From Leidyana gryllorum EB-2025a (taxonomy: Eukaryota > Protista > Apicomplexa): 64,000 nucleotides of DNA. Position numbers and translations under genes: made by a program. The notes under the pieces were generated by a model. The model saw only the letters and a list, made by a program, of their open reading frames with translations, did not search any database and had not been told where the DNA came from. Numbering within the stretch: position 1 is the stretch's first letter; every line of letters starts with the position of its first letter. The stretch lies in assembly GCA_048772705.1 (NCBI GenBank), contig JBLWGC010000033.1, positions 248,001 to 312,000 of the forward strand. Direction: 5' to 3'. Positions 1 through 11,533 of this stretch are shown here, one piece after another.

Positions 1-186
1 ACAGAGAGATACAATGTCGAATTGACGATCTTTGACACAACTTACCATCGGAAGTCTCATCCGGGACTTCGGGCGAAGGAATACCAAAGTCCGTAGACGC
101 ACTGGCCGAGGCCGAAGCTGACATGATGAGAGGTTAAGTAGGAATGAAAATTTTATAAACACCTCAAGGAAGAGTATATTGTGAGA

Positions 187-1068
187 CTAATGACGCTTTG
201 ATGGTCGTGAATTCAATCGCTGTTGACCTTTCTTCTTCATTGTCGCCGCTTTCGGCTTTGCCCGGCCCACTTTCTTTGGCTTCTCTGTCTTTGACTGTTT
301 ATTTATCTTGTTGGGCGGCTGGGCGGCTTTCTTCTTTGCCTTCAGGGAGCCGACTACGGGCTTCCGCATGAAAGATCCGGGCTCGTCGTCCTCGTCGTCG
401 TCGTCTTCTATATCACCCATTCTGTCTCCGACTAACTCGACTGGATGTGAGCTTATGAGGGTATTTAGATCGTGCATCTCTTGTCCAATCTGGTGGACAA
501 CACCGCCTTTGCCTTTCGTGGCCTTAGCTTTGCTTTTAGCCCCACTCTTAGTTTTCGTTACCCTTTCCGTACCATCTCTCAGTGAAACACTATCTGGGGC
601 CCCACCACTAGACGCTTCCTCAGCAGCTGCAGCTTGGGGGGCGACTGGAGGCTCAGATTCAGGAACTGCTTCAACGCTCCCGGAAGCCTTGCCCTGCTCC
701 TTTAACAGCTCTTCCAAGGCTTTCCTGGCGAGCTCCTTAGCCGAGTTGGCCTTTTCGGGCCGAGCAGCCGTGATTTTCCGCTTGGCTTCCTTCTTGGCAA
801 CCAGAACTTCTTTAGTGGTGTCAATGATGTCAGACGTCTTGAGGGGTTCCACAAATGCGTCTCCCTTAGCTATGGCGGCCTTCTTCTTCTTCTCCGTCAC
901 AGACTTGGTGATCAGATGGGGATCGTCATTGAGAGCACCCTTCTTCCCAGGCTTGCGTGTCGACTCCAGCTGCTGCCAGCGGCGAATCTGAGAGTCAGCG
1001 TCCCGACTGGGAGCCGACTTTTTCTTGGAAGAGCGACGTGGGATAGACCGGCGCCCAGACTTGGCCAT
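187..1068 (-). CDS. Lys/Arg-rich hypothetical protein, possibly nucleolar
   Basis: ORF 187..1152. The likely ATG is at 1068 (MAKSGRRS), since the upstream extension overlaps NAT10 exon 1. Basic low-complexity sequence with an acidic DDDDEDD patch. Confidence 0.6.
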   Translation of the reverse strand: MAKSGRRSIPRRSSKKKSAPSRDADSQIRRWQQLESTRKPGKKGALNDDPHLITKSVTEKKKKAAIAKGDAFVEPLKTSDIIDTTKEVLVAKKEAKRKITAARPEKANSAKELARKALEELLKEQGKASGSVEAVPESEPPVAPQAAAAEEASSGGAPDSVSLRDGTERVTKTKSGAKSKAKATKGKGGVVHQIGQEMHDLNTLISSHPVELVGDRMGDIEDDDDEDDEPGSFMRKPVVGSLKAKKKAAQPPNKINKQSKTEKPKKVGRAKPKAATMKKKGQQRLNSRPSKRH

Positions 1069-1095
1069 CTTTAGCCCAAAAAAACCACCAACAAT

Positions 1096-4028
1096 ATGCA
1101 CCCTTGGCCCACCATCGAACAGGTGTGGAGCCATGTGCGCGACCACCGGCATCGAGGCGTGGTGGTTATCATTGATGATAACAACATCGAAGCTCGTGAC
1201 AGCGCCATTAGTGCGTTAGTTACGGAATTACGGCGGCACACACACGAGGATATCGCTAATCTACAACAACAAGAGTCAAGTTTACAACCACAACGCAAGG
1301 TCGCTACCGAAACCCTACACACCTTCTCGCCACGTGAAAGTAAGCATTGACGTGAGCTCCCAGACACTCATTTATCTCATCAGAATACCGACGAACACGA
1401 CCAAAGTGGCTGGTCAGGGGCGATGCCAGTATTCCATATTCCCATACGGGCCAAGTATTGGGCCGCACCTTTGGTATTGCAGTTATGGAGGATCTCGATT
1501 CATTGACACCGAACGCGTTCTGTCAAATCGTCGAAACCGTTGCGGGCAGAGGGCTCATTCTACTCTGCGTCGATAAGTGGGAGCCATTCACTCTGTGCGG
1601 TGGGGTAATGGGGAGTCATTTGTGCGGAAAGCCTCGCTGCTTATATACACAACGACTGCTGCAAACGCTCACCCGCAGGAAGAAGAACCCCTGCTTCACT
1701 ATACTGAATGCCACCGAGATCCCAGGGGCAGGTTTCACCTTGGGACCCCAAGATGATGACTCTGTGGCAAAATTGCCCACAGAGGCACCATCGGTTCCGA
1801 TCCCCATTGCATCTGATCAGAGAACGCGACCCCCAAACACCAAAACTACCCTCCAAGACCTGTGCATCACCTCCGATCAGCAGAATGGCCTTCAAGCTGC
1901 CTCACAATGGCTGTCGGCAACGGCTTCTAATATATCCCAAGCGACAACACCCTCCAGCGTCCTCGCCCTCACAGCACCACGTGGCCGAGGAAAGTCGGCC
2001 CTACTCGGCATCATCTTAGCTCAGGCCTGCTCGAGCCTCCCCCTCTCTGACCTCGCGGTCCTCTCTCCCTCTCTCACTAATATCAAGACTCTATTGGAAT
2101 TTGGCCTCCAAGGATTGGGCGTCGTCGGTTTCGAGGTCCTCATGACCGCTCCCGACGCCCCCTTGACCCCTTCTGAGGCCCGCAGTGAAACCACTTCCAC
2201 CAGCACCAAACGGTTCGGTGGCAGTCAGCAGCAGCCCGCATCTGCCTCACCCATCTCTGTGCTCATGGACGACTCTGTTGCCACTTCCTTTGCCAATACT
2301 GTCACTCAAAAGCACGGCGCACCACAGAAGATTCGGATCAGATGCTCAAATTCAGGAGTTCAGATGACCATACATTTGATCACCCCAGGCGACCTCCAAG
2401 CCCCTCATATCAAAAACCTGGTCTTGCACGATGTCGATCTACTCTTCATCGACGAGGCTGCTGCTATCCCTCTGCCGGTCATTCAAAATGTCCTAAGTGG
2501 CAGGGCAACCGCACTCATGGCAAGCACAATGCACGGGTACGAGGGAACAGGACGAAGCTTGGCGATCAAACTCACCGCCGTCCTAGAAGCAGAAGGTCGT
2601 CTGACCAGCCTGGAGCTCAAGACACCAGTACGATATGGGGAGAATGATCGGCTGGAACAATGGCTCATGAAAGTCCTGTGTCTGGAAGGCTCGTTGGACG
2701 AGATGCCGGAATTATGGACGACAGCTCATAATCGGTTCGTTGATGCCTTGAAAATATCAGTTCTGGATAAAGATGTCCTGTTTGACTGTACACAAAGTGA
2801 AAGTCGTCGGACGCTTCGTGAACTGATGGTAATTTTTGCCACATCTCACTACAGAAACAACCCAAACGATATGTGGATGTTGGCCGACAACCCATCATAT
2901 CAAGTGGTGGTTCTTCATGATGACTCCAAACGCGTTTACGCCGGTGTCCAGCTGAGCTTCGAGGGGGGGTTGTCAGCAAGTGATATCTCTCGACTGCGAG
3001 GCAAACAAACCAGCGGAGACATGTTAACTTGGAAGTTGCAGGAACTGGTGGAAAACCTTTCCGAGCTGGTTGGAGTGAGGGTAGTACGGATCGCGTGTCA
3101 TCCCAATGCCACCGGCAAACGGTTGGGCACTGTCTTGTTGGACGGTGTAATAGATCGATTTATCGAACACAATGCAAACGTTGCACACACTCCGCAGACG
3201 CGGCCTCAAGCTGCCGGAAAGAGCTCTAAGGCCACCAGCACTGTGTCTGATCGTTCAGACGGGAAAGCCGAGCTGTTCCGTAATGTCAATTCGTGGGATT
3301 TGAATGCGGTAATTGGTTCCGGACGGCAAATAGCTTATCTGGGGACGAGTTTCGGCCTGAGCGACCGACTGTTGCGCTTCTGGACAAAGAGTCCTACCTC
3401 AATGACTCCGTTTTACTTGGCTCAAGTGCCTAATGAGGCAACTGGGGAGTACACCATTATGCTTATTCGAGCTCTGGAGGGGGGCGGACTGGACTCGCAG
3501 ATTTTACAACAGCTGCGGGAGGATGTTGGTATGCGATTTGCTGTCTTATTGGCAGACTGCTACCGCTCAATGAATTTGCGTTTGGCTGCAGCCTTGCTGC
3601 TTCAAGTGAAAACAAGTAACAAGAGCGACTCGACAAAGAAGGGCCTGGAGCATTGGAGTGATTGGCATTACAAACGTTTACGTCAATATGGCAAAGCCGG
3701 AGCAGCAGCTTCGAGCACTGTACGAGATTTGTGGCCAGATCTCGCCTTGGCGTTCAGTCGAGGGCAGTTAGGGGACGTTCAGTTGACGCCTGTGCAGTTG
3801 ACACTTCTGATTGGTCTCGGTTTACAGAGACAGTCGATTGAAGGACTGGCTGGCGAGCTGGGAATTACAATCCCAAGTTTGTTGAACCAAGTTAATAGAT
3901 TAGCAGCCCGTTTGGACGAACAGATCAATCATTCGGCTTCAGAGAAGCAGGCTGCACCGCCCAGCGAGCCGCCGTCTAAGGTTCCCAAGACAACTAACCT
4001 ACAATTCAGAAACATCAAACGCAGTTAG
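1096..4028 (+). CDS. NAT10: RNA cytidine acetyltransferase NAT10/Kre33 (18S rRNA/tRNA ac4C)
   Basis: Motifs APRGRGKS (Walker A), FIDEAAAIP, STMHGYEGTGR, HYRNNPND and GNAT RIACHP..GT. Exon 1096..1339 joins in frame to the 1458 ORF through a GT..AG intron at 1340..1383. Confidence 0.92.
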
Positions 4029-4072
4029 CCAAATGCTCAAAATAGATCGGCACACAGTCAAAAAAGATCACT

Positions 4073-6355
4073 TCAAGCAGCAGGGGCTGCAACACTGTTG
4101 GTGGGGGTCACAGTGGCGTCAGGGACCACACCCATGCCGTTCTGTTGTTGGTCGATCAGGTATTGGATCAGAGCCATCTGCTCGGGTACGACCTCCTGCT
4201 GGGGAGTTTGACTCAAAGGCACTTCGAACACTACCGCATCCCCCTCTGCGCCAGCAGCACTTTCGGTAGTCTCACACTCCTTTTCTTCTTCTTCAGTGGT
4301 CTCTCCAGCCTCCTCTTCCTCGGCCTCGGTGGTCTCTCCGGCCTCTTCCTCAGCCTCAGCCTCGGTGGTCTCTTCAGCCTCCTCCTCGGCCTCGGTGGTC
4401 TCTCCAGCTTCCTCTTCTTGGGCCTTCCTGGCCTCCACAGTCTCTTCACTTTCGGTGGTCTCTTCCTCCTCTTCTTGGAGCTTCCGCTTCCGCTGCTCAC
4501 CGGACTCAGCATCTGCTGCCTGATCTTCTTCGGTAGTCTCCTCGACATCACCTTCTGTTGTTTCGGTCTCCTCAGCCTCAGCCTCTTCCTCGGTCTCACC
4601 CTCTTCCTCGGTCTCACCCTCTTCCTCGGTCTCAGCCTCAGCCTCAGCCTCGGTTTCGCCCTCTTCTTCAGTCTCTCCGGCCTCTTTCTCTTCACCTTCG
4701 GTCGTCTCGCCGGCCTCCTGCTCCTCAGCGCTGTCGACGATGATGACAGCGATCATGCCAGGCTCATCGATGGTGTCTGGGAGGGGTCCAGCGGCGGTGA
4801 CGATCTGCTGAGGACGGGATGGGGTGGCGGGGGTGGGGCCGACAGTGATACTACTGACTCCCTGGTCCGAGTACAGGGGCTGTTGGAGGGGCAGCGCGGC
4901 GGCATTGTTATTGACCACTGAGGCAGTGTTGGTATTCAGAGACGCAGTATGGGTGTCGATGGTTTGGGCGTAGGAAGGGGTGTTCGGAACCACATCACCC
5001 ATTATCATACGGACACCCTCTTCACCCTCGGTAGTCTCGGCTTCGGCCTCGGTCTCGGAGGCTTCCTGCTCGACTGCCGTCAGCTGTCCACTGTAGTAGG
5101 TGCCAGTGGAAGGGTCGGAGATCCATTCTCCGGCCGGAAGCTCCGGAATGATATTGGCGATGATATCGTCCTCCTCAGTTTCGCTCTCTTCCTCGGTACT
5201 CTCAGCTTCTTCCTCGGTGGTCTCGCCTTCAGTTTCAGTTTCTGTGGTTTCGGAGGTCTCCTCTTCGTCCTCCTCCAACGTCTTGCCAACAGCTGGCATC
5301 AGGCGTTCGCTTGCTGCTTCGGTCGTTTCCGCCTCCACTTCTGTAGTCTCCAACATTTGTTGCAGAATCAACAACTCCTCTTCGGTCTCAGCTGGAGTTT
5401 CTGTGGTCTCTGCTTCCGCTTCGGCGAAGTCGTGACTCTCGTATTCAATACCGCCCGCAATCGGCTCCTCAATGACGACTCCGGCACCCGACTCATCGAT
5501 CTGCTCAGTGGTCTCATCCTCCTCTTCCTCAGGCTCAGTGCTTTCAACCTCTAGTTCTGTAGTTTCTTCTTCGGGCGACTGTTCCTCGTCCTGGACCTGA
5601 CGAGCCGCGACGGGTCTGTAGCCGAGGGTACTGGCCAAACTGGTGACAGCGGGTCGCTGAAGGGGTACAGGGCGAACCACAGGGACGCGGTCCGGAGCCG
5701 GAACAACGACCACACCTTGCCACTCGGGAGTGGGGAGGACCTCAGTGGTCTGTTCCCAGGTGGTCGTCTCGGGCAGCGACTCGACGTAAACAGTTTCGGT
5801 ATTGGTGGGGCACGTCAATAGAATTTGAGTGGGAGACGGGCGAGCGCAAGTGCACCCAACGATAGCTCTCACATCGGTGAGAGGGGCTTCGCCACCTGGA
5901 CCGACTGCCACTGCGGTAACGGGGAGCGGAGCGTCACTGGCGCATCGGTTAACGCCGTCTTTGATGAGAACAAAGGATTCCAGCTCGTCAATGAAGGCTG
6001 CGGACAGACTCAGCTGCAACTCCAGGGGAGCAATAGCCAATGTGGACACGGAATCGCTCCGTGCGAAGCCCAGATCGGCTTGAGACACAAAGAGCGGTCC
6101 CAGAGCTGCTCTGTAAGGAGTCAATCGAGGCTCGAATTCTGCCAAAGCGACCTGAACCCAACTTTCATGAGACGGCTGGATAGCGACTTCTACCACCGGT
6201 TGGACGGCGGGGGTGGCTGCGGGTTCAGCGATACGGATCCGCTCAGTTGGAGGTGAGGGAGTGGGAACTGGACGTTCGATAGTCACAACCTCTCCTCCTT
6301 CTTGGGCCAGAACGGCACCAGTAGAGAATAGAAATGTAGAGAGTAATCGAGTCAT
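4073..6355 (-). CDS. secreted Glu/Thr-rich repetitive protein
   Basis: ATG 6355 gives a signal-peptide-like MTRLLSTFLFSTGAVLA. A Cys-containing N-terminal region is followed by many ETTE/EEEAGETTE repeats. Confidence 0.75.
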   Translation of the reverse strand: MTRLLSTFLFSTGAVLAQEGGEVVTIERPVPTPSPPTERIRIAEPAATPAVQPVVEVAIQPSHESWVQVALAEFEPRLTPYRAALGPLFVSQADLGFARSDSVSTLAIAPLELQLSLSAAFIDELESFVLIKDGVNRCASDAPLPVTAVAVGPGGEAPLTDVRAIVGCTCARPSPTQILLTCPTNTETVYVESLPETTTWEQTTEVLPTPEWQGVVVVPAPDRVPVVRPVPLQRPAVTSLASTLGYRPVAARQVQDEEQSPEEETTELEVESTEPEEEEDETTEQIDESGAGVVIEEPIAGGIEYESHDFAEAEAETTETPAETEEELLILQQMLETTEVEAETTEAASERLMPAVGKTLEEDEEETSETTETETEGETTEEEAESTEEESETEEDDIIANIIPELPAGEWISDPSTGTYYSGQLTAVEQEASETEAEAETTEGEEGVRMIMGDVVPNTPSYAQTIDTHTASLNTNTASVVNNNAAALPLQQPLYSDQGVSSITVGPTPATPSRPQQIVTAAGPLPDTIDEPGMIAVIIVDSAEEQEAGETTEGEEKEAGETEEEGETEAEAEAETEEEGETEEEGETEEEAEAEETETTEGDVEETTEEDQAADAESGEQRKRKLQEEEEETTESEETVEARKAQEEEAGETTEAEEEAEETTEAEAEEEAGETTEAEEEEAGETTEEEEKECETTESAAGAEGDAVVFEVPLSQTPQQEVVPEQMALIQYLIDQQQNGMGVVPDATVTPTNSVAAPAA

Positions 6356-6416
6356 TGTATGAATAAGATGCACCTCAGGCAAAATCGCACCACATGCGTG
6401 CAGCAGTGAAGATCAC

Positions 6417-7922
6417 CTACTCGGCCTTCTTCTCATTCTCTTTCTTCTTCTTCTCCTCCTCCTTCTCTTTCTTCTTCTCCGCCTTCTTGTCCTCTTTGAG
6501 TAACCCACTGTCTTTGAGCGCCTTCATAGTTTCCTTATTGAGGAACATAGACCCCAATTTGTCGACCAAACCTGCCGAACGACCATTATTCTCAACACAA
6601 AGTCCGCGCCACTTACCGACGGGTAGACTTCTTGCGAGGCTGAGAAGTTTTCCGTAGTCCCCTTTCTGTGCGTATTCATTCATCTTCATGATTTTCTTCA
6701 TCGTCTCCGCCCCTGGGAGTGCATCGAACAGCCCCAGTTCTCGCAGACGGTCCTCTGTCTTCTCATCCTCGGTAGTCTCACTCTCCGTCTCCTCTTCGGT
6801 TGTTTCTGCTTCGTGCTCTTCTTTCTCGTCGTGGCCGTGATACCGCGGATCGCCCGGGCCAAAGAAACCGGCATAGTGTCCTGCAGCGGGGTTTCGTACA
6901 TTCTGATAGGCCGTCTTGAGCCATCCTGGCGCCTGATCGACGAGATCTGCGATGCCCGCCAGATCTTTCATCGCCTCCTCATCCACCATCTCCCGGACAA
7001 TCACCCCACGAAGGCCCGAAATACCTCTCCGGGCATAGAATCGGCGCGCAACGCTCTCTCCATTCGGTCCGGGAGAAAAGAAATCGGGTCGTTTCTTGTG
7101 TGGTTGGCTCTCTCCGGTGAAGAAGTAATCGTCCTCGTGTTCATCCTTCTCATTCCCGTCTCCACCGCCAATATCACCTCCGAAGGGCTGAGCTCTCCAC
7201 TCCATTCCCTCGGCGGTGGTGAGGCCGGTGGTGGGCGAGTCCCATTGCAGCAAGCGGGCTGCAGGGCCCTTCGAGGTCAGAGGTGTACGATGGCCGTGGA
7301 TCTCGGGGCAATCGAGCTGAAGACGTAAGGCATCGGTATGTTTCTCACTGTACGGAGCGGATGTATAACTGTGGAAAGATTTTTGTTGAGTGAGGAGTAT
7401 TGAAAGGCTTCCTACCTGCAATGGCAAAAGTCCACCGTTCCTTCTACGCTTCTACTGGATGCGCTGGCTGGGCGGCTCGCCCCTCCACCTTTGAGGATCG
7501 AGTGGAATTCGTGTTGGAAGAAAACAGTAGCAACAGGGTTGGGTGGCTCCTGTTGAGCGCAGACATCTAAGCCGTTCGAAAGAATAGCAAATCTGGACTC
7601 ATCTTCGAGCAACGTGGGAGTGTCCATCCACATGAGCGGTTCTGATGACTCTTGAGCAATGCGGTCGAGGACTTCGTCAATGTCTTCTTCACCAAGTATG
7701 GGGTTACGAATCAACAAAATGTCCCGGCCGGACAAAGCGGAGAAGTCCGCAGAGACGGGCAGATCGAGCCCTTTTGGCCCGAGAGCTTGCAGGAATATAT
7801 CAACGGGTACGCCCAACCATGTCTGATGTATAGATCGAAACATTGAGCCCAAACAAGTCACTCACTCGATCGTTAGAAGCTGCGACCAGTGTCACAAAAG
7901 TGTATGGAAACAGCCCTTTCAT
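6417..7922 (-). CDS. secreted hypothetical protein, 3 exons, ETTE motif and KE-rich tail
   Basis: MKGLFPYTFVTLVAAS leader from ATG 7922. Introns 7823..7865 and 7369..7415 join ORFs 7412..7861 and 6417..7427 in frame. Confidence 0.65.
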
Positions 7923-7952
7923 TCTGGCGTTGCATGCCCACCCCTCAGGTAC

Positions 7953-9950
7953 TTAGTATTGTGGCAAAGGTAATCCGAGTGCTCCCAACACTTCTGCCAT
8001 CATGAAGAATGTCCCCAGAAACACCACAGGGCACTTCTTTTGTCGGCCCTCTTCGAAAACATGGCCGACGACGCCTCTCACGGGAGATTCCATCCACACC
8101 GAATGTGTTTTCGAGAGTCCTTCAACCACCCGCCTCTCCTCAGTTCGCCTTCTCTCCTCAACAACTCCACTCAAATTATCGTCTTCGATCTCATTAGGCG
8201 AACGGTTGTGGTCAATGAGATCGTCGCATCGATCTTCCGAGAACTCATCGCTGTCGATCGACTCTGATTCTGACTGACTTTCTTCGTCGTCCGGCACCCA
8301 CTCGCCGTCATCATCAGATGAGCTCCCTTTGTCTGGTTCCATGATACTTGGCTGTTTCTCGGCCGCCACTTTGGTCATTAAATCCAGCAGATCTTTAGTG
8401 GAGATGTCCAGCATCGAGATCTCATCCTCATTGTCGCCGTCGATAGCGAGAAGTGAATTGTCATTACCTTCCGATGCTCTCTTGAGCCCCGGACTGTCAC
8501 GACTCATCGAGCGGTAAGACCTCTTTCTCCTGAAACATCCGCTACTCGGTCGCTGGCTCCCTCCACTGGTGGTCGCGGTCGGAGTGGTGGCGGGTTTAGT
8601 CGATTTCGGAACCGGGGTCACTTGAACAATTCCAGTAGAGGTCGTGTTGGGCAGCTCAACAGGGTTCCGTCTTGTTGGACCTCCCACTGTGTCGAGGATG
8701 ATAGTTACCTCTCCTCTCCACAGGTTCTGCATAACTGGCCGCGGGGATGAGGTCGACGATACTATTCGCTCAAATATCGTCTGGGCTTTGGTGACTCGCG
8801 GGTGTAGAGAGGGTAAATAGTAGAGATTCTCCACTTTTAGCGATGAGTTCTGGTACAACGGTGCGAACATGGCGAGATCCCGTTTTCCGGAATAGGCGAC
8901 AACGTATATGGCACTGGTGACCGATAGACAGTCCCGTTGGAACACTTCTGCCAATTGTTTGACAGTCTCTCCAATGGCATCGACATTATGAGCGACGTCC
9001 AAAACTATCGCAGGAGGCGCATTCGCGCCCGTCGCAAAGTACCGAATATCCAACCGACACGGTGGCCGATCATATACACACGCGGGTCTCTTGATGTTAG
9101 ATTTGGGCCACAAACCGTCGAACAGTAAGTCACACGTGATTCTGTGGGCAAACTCTGCAGCGTTAGAGGTCGCGAGGAGTCGACAGAGTCCGCCCTGTCT
9201 CTCTACCAGTGAGACAGCGGCTCTGTCGTGTCCGACCAAACCAGGACTGTACAGGTAAGCCGGACGTCCGCTTTTGACGATCCCCAGTTTGGCCTTCATG
9301 ACGCCCTCGGGAAAGGCACCCAGAAGCTCCTCGTGATCACGGCCGATACTGGTGATCACGGTGGCCTGTGGGTGATCCCAGATGTTTGTGGCGTCTCGCT
9401 CTCCCCCGATACCGACCTCGAAGACACACAGGTCGACCTTTCTGTAAATAAAGTAGAGGATGGCCATAAGTGTAAGAGAGGTAAAGTAGCGGGGGATCAC
9501 AGAGGCCTCTTGGCAGGCTTTCTCTACGACACGAGCACACGCAACAAAGTGAGACATTGGAATGGGTTCGCCATTGACCATAATTCTTTCACAAGCAGTG
9601 AACAGATGTGGAGAAGTAAAGAGACCGACAGTCTGAATACCCCCTCTCTGTAGCCCAGCAGCGATACGATAACAACAGGTACCTTTGCCATTAGTGCCCG
9701 CAACGTGAACCACCCTCAACCGCTCATGAATATTACGTAAGTGGTGTAAGACAGATCTCGTCTGACTGATTCCCGGTCCCAGGGACCGGGTCTGCTCCAA
9801 CCGATCGACGGTAGCCCTATACACTGGACAGAGGGAGGGCGAATAGTCATCCCATAATCGGTGATCCACATTCGAATTGACCTCCCTTTCGGCGACACGG
9901 ATGTTCTGCTCCAACTCCCCACAAATGTCGGCTGCTGGATCGAAGCTCAT
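7953..9950 (-). CDS. FPGS: folylpolyglutamate synthase / dihydrofolate synthase (FolC family)
   Basis: Motifs HVAGTNGKGT, FTSPHL, ERI, FEVGIGG..DATN, ITSIGRDH, LDVAHN and terminal VFLGTFFM. Long acidic low-complexity insert. Confidence 0.9.
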   Translation of the reverse strand: MSFDPAADICGELEQNIRVAEREVNSNVDHRLWDDYSPSLCPVYRATVDRLEQTRSLGPGISQTRSVLHHLRNIHERLRVVHVAGTNGKGTCCYRIAAGLQRGGIQTVGLFTSPHLFTACERIMVNGEPIPMSHFVACARVVEKACQEASVIPRYFTSLTLMAILYFIYRKVDLCVFEVGIGGERDATNIWDHPQATVITSIGRDHEELLGAFPEGVMKAKLGIVKSGRPAYLYSPGLVGHDRAAVSLVERQGGLCRLLATSNAAEFAHRITCDLLFDGLWPKSNIKRPACVYDRPPCRLDIRYFATGANAPPAIVLDVAHNVDAIGETVKQLAEVFQRDCLSVTSAIYVVAYSGKRDLAMFAPLYQNSSLKVENLYYLPSLHPRVTKAQTIFERIVSSTSSPRPVMQNLWRGEVTIILDTVGGPTRRNPVELPNTTSTGIVQVTPVPKSTKPATTPTATTSGGSQRPSSGCFRRKRSYRSMSRDSPGLKRASEGNDNSLLAIDGDNEDEISMLDISTKDLLDLMTKVAAEKQPSIMEPDKGSSSDDDGEWVPDDEESQSESESIDSDEFSEDRCDDLIDHNRSPNEIEDDNLSGVVEERRRTEERRVVEGLSKTHSVWMESPVRGVVGHVFEEGRQKKCPVVFLGTFFMMAEVLGALGLPLPQY

Positions 9951-11277
9951 TCTTTTTCAGTCCGCAAGATTAGCTATGACTAAACTGACTAACTGACTGA
10001 CTGGAGGTGGATGACAAATTAACACTCTAACTCTTCTCGTGAATTCAACCATTCACGCGCCTCTGTGTCCATCTAAGGATCCAAGGACGGTCTCACACAC
10101 CTCTCTCTCCCGCTCTCTCTTATACGGATAGGACCGTTCCCGCGACTTGGCCGGATGGGAGGGACAACACGGAACACAACGTAGCGCCGGTGTGTGGATA
10201 GATGATGTGTGCGAGGCCACCAGAGCAAAAGAAAAGTTAAAAAATCGGATGTCGCCGTACAGCGACCGACATTCCTTGAATATCTGGGGTTTCGGTCTTT
10301 TTCCCTAAGAGATTTGAGGATGTAGGATTCGGTGTGCGGTGGCTCTCTTCCCTCCCTGGCGTCTCCCGTCCGTCCGTCCCCCCCCTTCCCCGCGCTTCCC
10401 TTCCTCTGCGTCCGCTTGGCCGGAGGCCCGGGCGGGGAGCGAAAGCCCAATGTGTGTGTGTGGGCGTGGGTTGGAGCTCATCTGGTAGCTCATCCACCCA
10501 GCGCCATACCACTTCTTGGGTGCCAAGTTTCTGTTGGCCCCAAGGGTCCGTTGTTGGGCGCGTGGCCCCTCCTCGCCCTCTCGCAGAGGTCCGGCTCCCG
10601 CCACTGGCGGGATGGTTGTTTCGGTGTTTTTCAGCTTCGAGAAATGGTACTTGCGGGCCAGATCTTGGAGTTGGATTTTCACCGGGGCAACCAATTGGAG
10701 ACAGGTTTAACCTTTGTTGAAGGTTCTAAATTTTTGTTAAATTAAAGGTTATCCTTAAGAAAGGATAACCAAGAAAGCCAAGATATTATTGCTCCTTTTG
10801 CCTGTCTGTGCGAGCGCCTCCAAACCAAAGAGAACAAAAGAATGGTTGGGAAAACGTCCCTTGTCCTCTGTTCCGTGGCGCCCAAAGAGAGTGGATAGGC
10901 CCGAAACCGGAGACCACTAATTAGTCAATGACTAATTAATTCAATGTTCAATGATCAATGATTCAATTAATGAATCCCTACTGACCACCTGTTCGGCACT
11001 AACATTTGAGAGCGAGCGAGCGACCGAGTAGAGGCCCTCGTCATGATGCACAGTGAGTGAGTGAGCCCGCCCGAGGATCGATCAGGACGCTTCTTCTCCG
11101 CACGACGCAAATTGCGTCGTTCATCTGTGTTGTGTGATGTTGCAATGTGGCTGTCTCCGCGATACCACCGATCTCTTTTCTGTGACCGTAAAGTACTTAC
11201 TGCTCGCGCTTAGACCAATGACTCATCCACACGTAATTGTGTCGACTGTGAAAGAGAGAGGCATTGGGAAGGGGGGG

Positions 11278-11337
11278 CTGTATTGGATGGTGGGTGTGGC
11301 TGTGTGACTGTATTGGATGGTGGGTGTGGCCGTGTGA
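11278..11337. repeat. 30-bp tandem duplication
   Basis: ctgtattggatggtgggtgtggc[t/c]gtgtga occurs twice, with one mismatch. Confidence 0.9.
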
Positions 11338-11533
11338 CCCCTACGCCGCCGTGGTGGCGCGAGGCCGCGGGTTCTTCCAAGTAAGTCCAGGAGGTCGTGT
11401 TTTGCTCTTCTCGCGGGTGGTCGGTATGTGCCCGCGCCGTGTTTGAAAAAGTAAGCCGCCGGAGAGGCAGAGGAAAGGTGCGTTGTTCGTATAACGACAA
11501 CGACGACGAAGAAATATCTGTTACACCACCAAG

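Noticed and set aside
10073-10745. Several 90-140 aa ORFs in the long spacer
   Set aside because: Overlapping, low-complexity, mostly non-ATG starts and no motifs.
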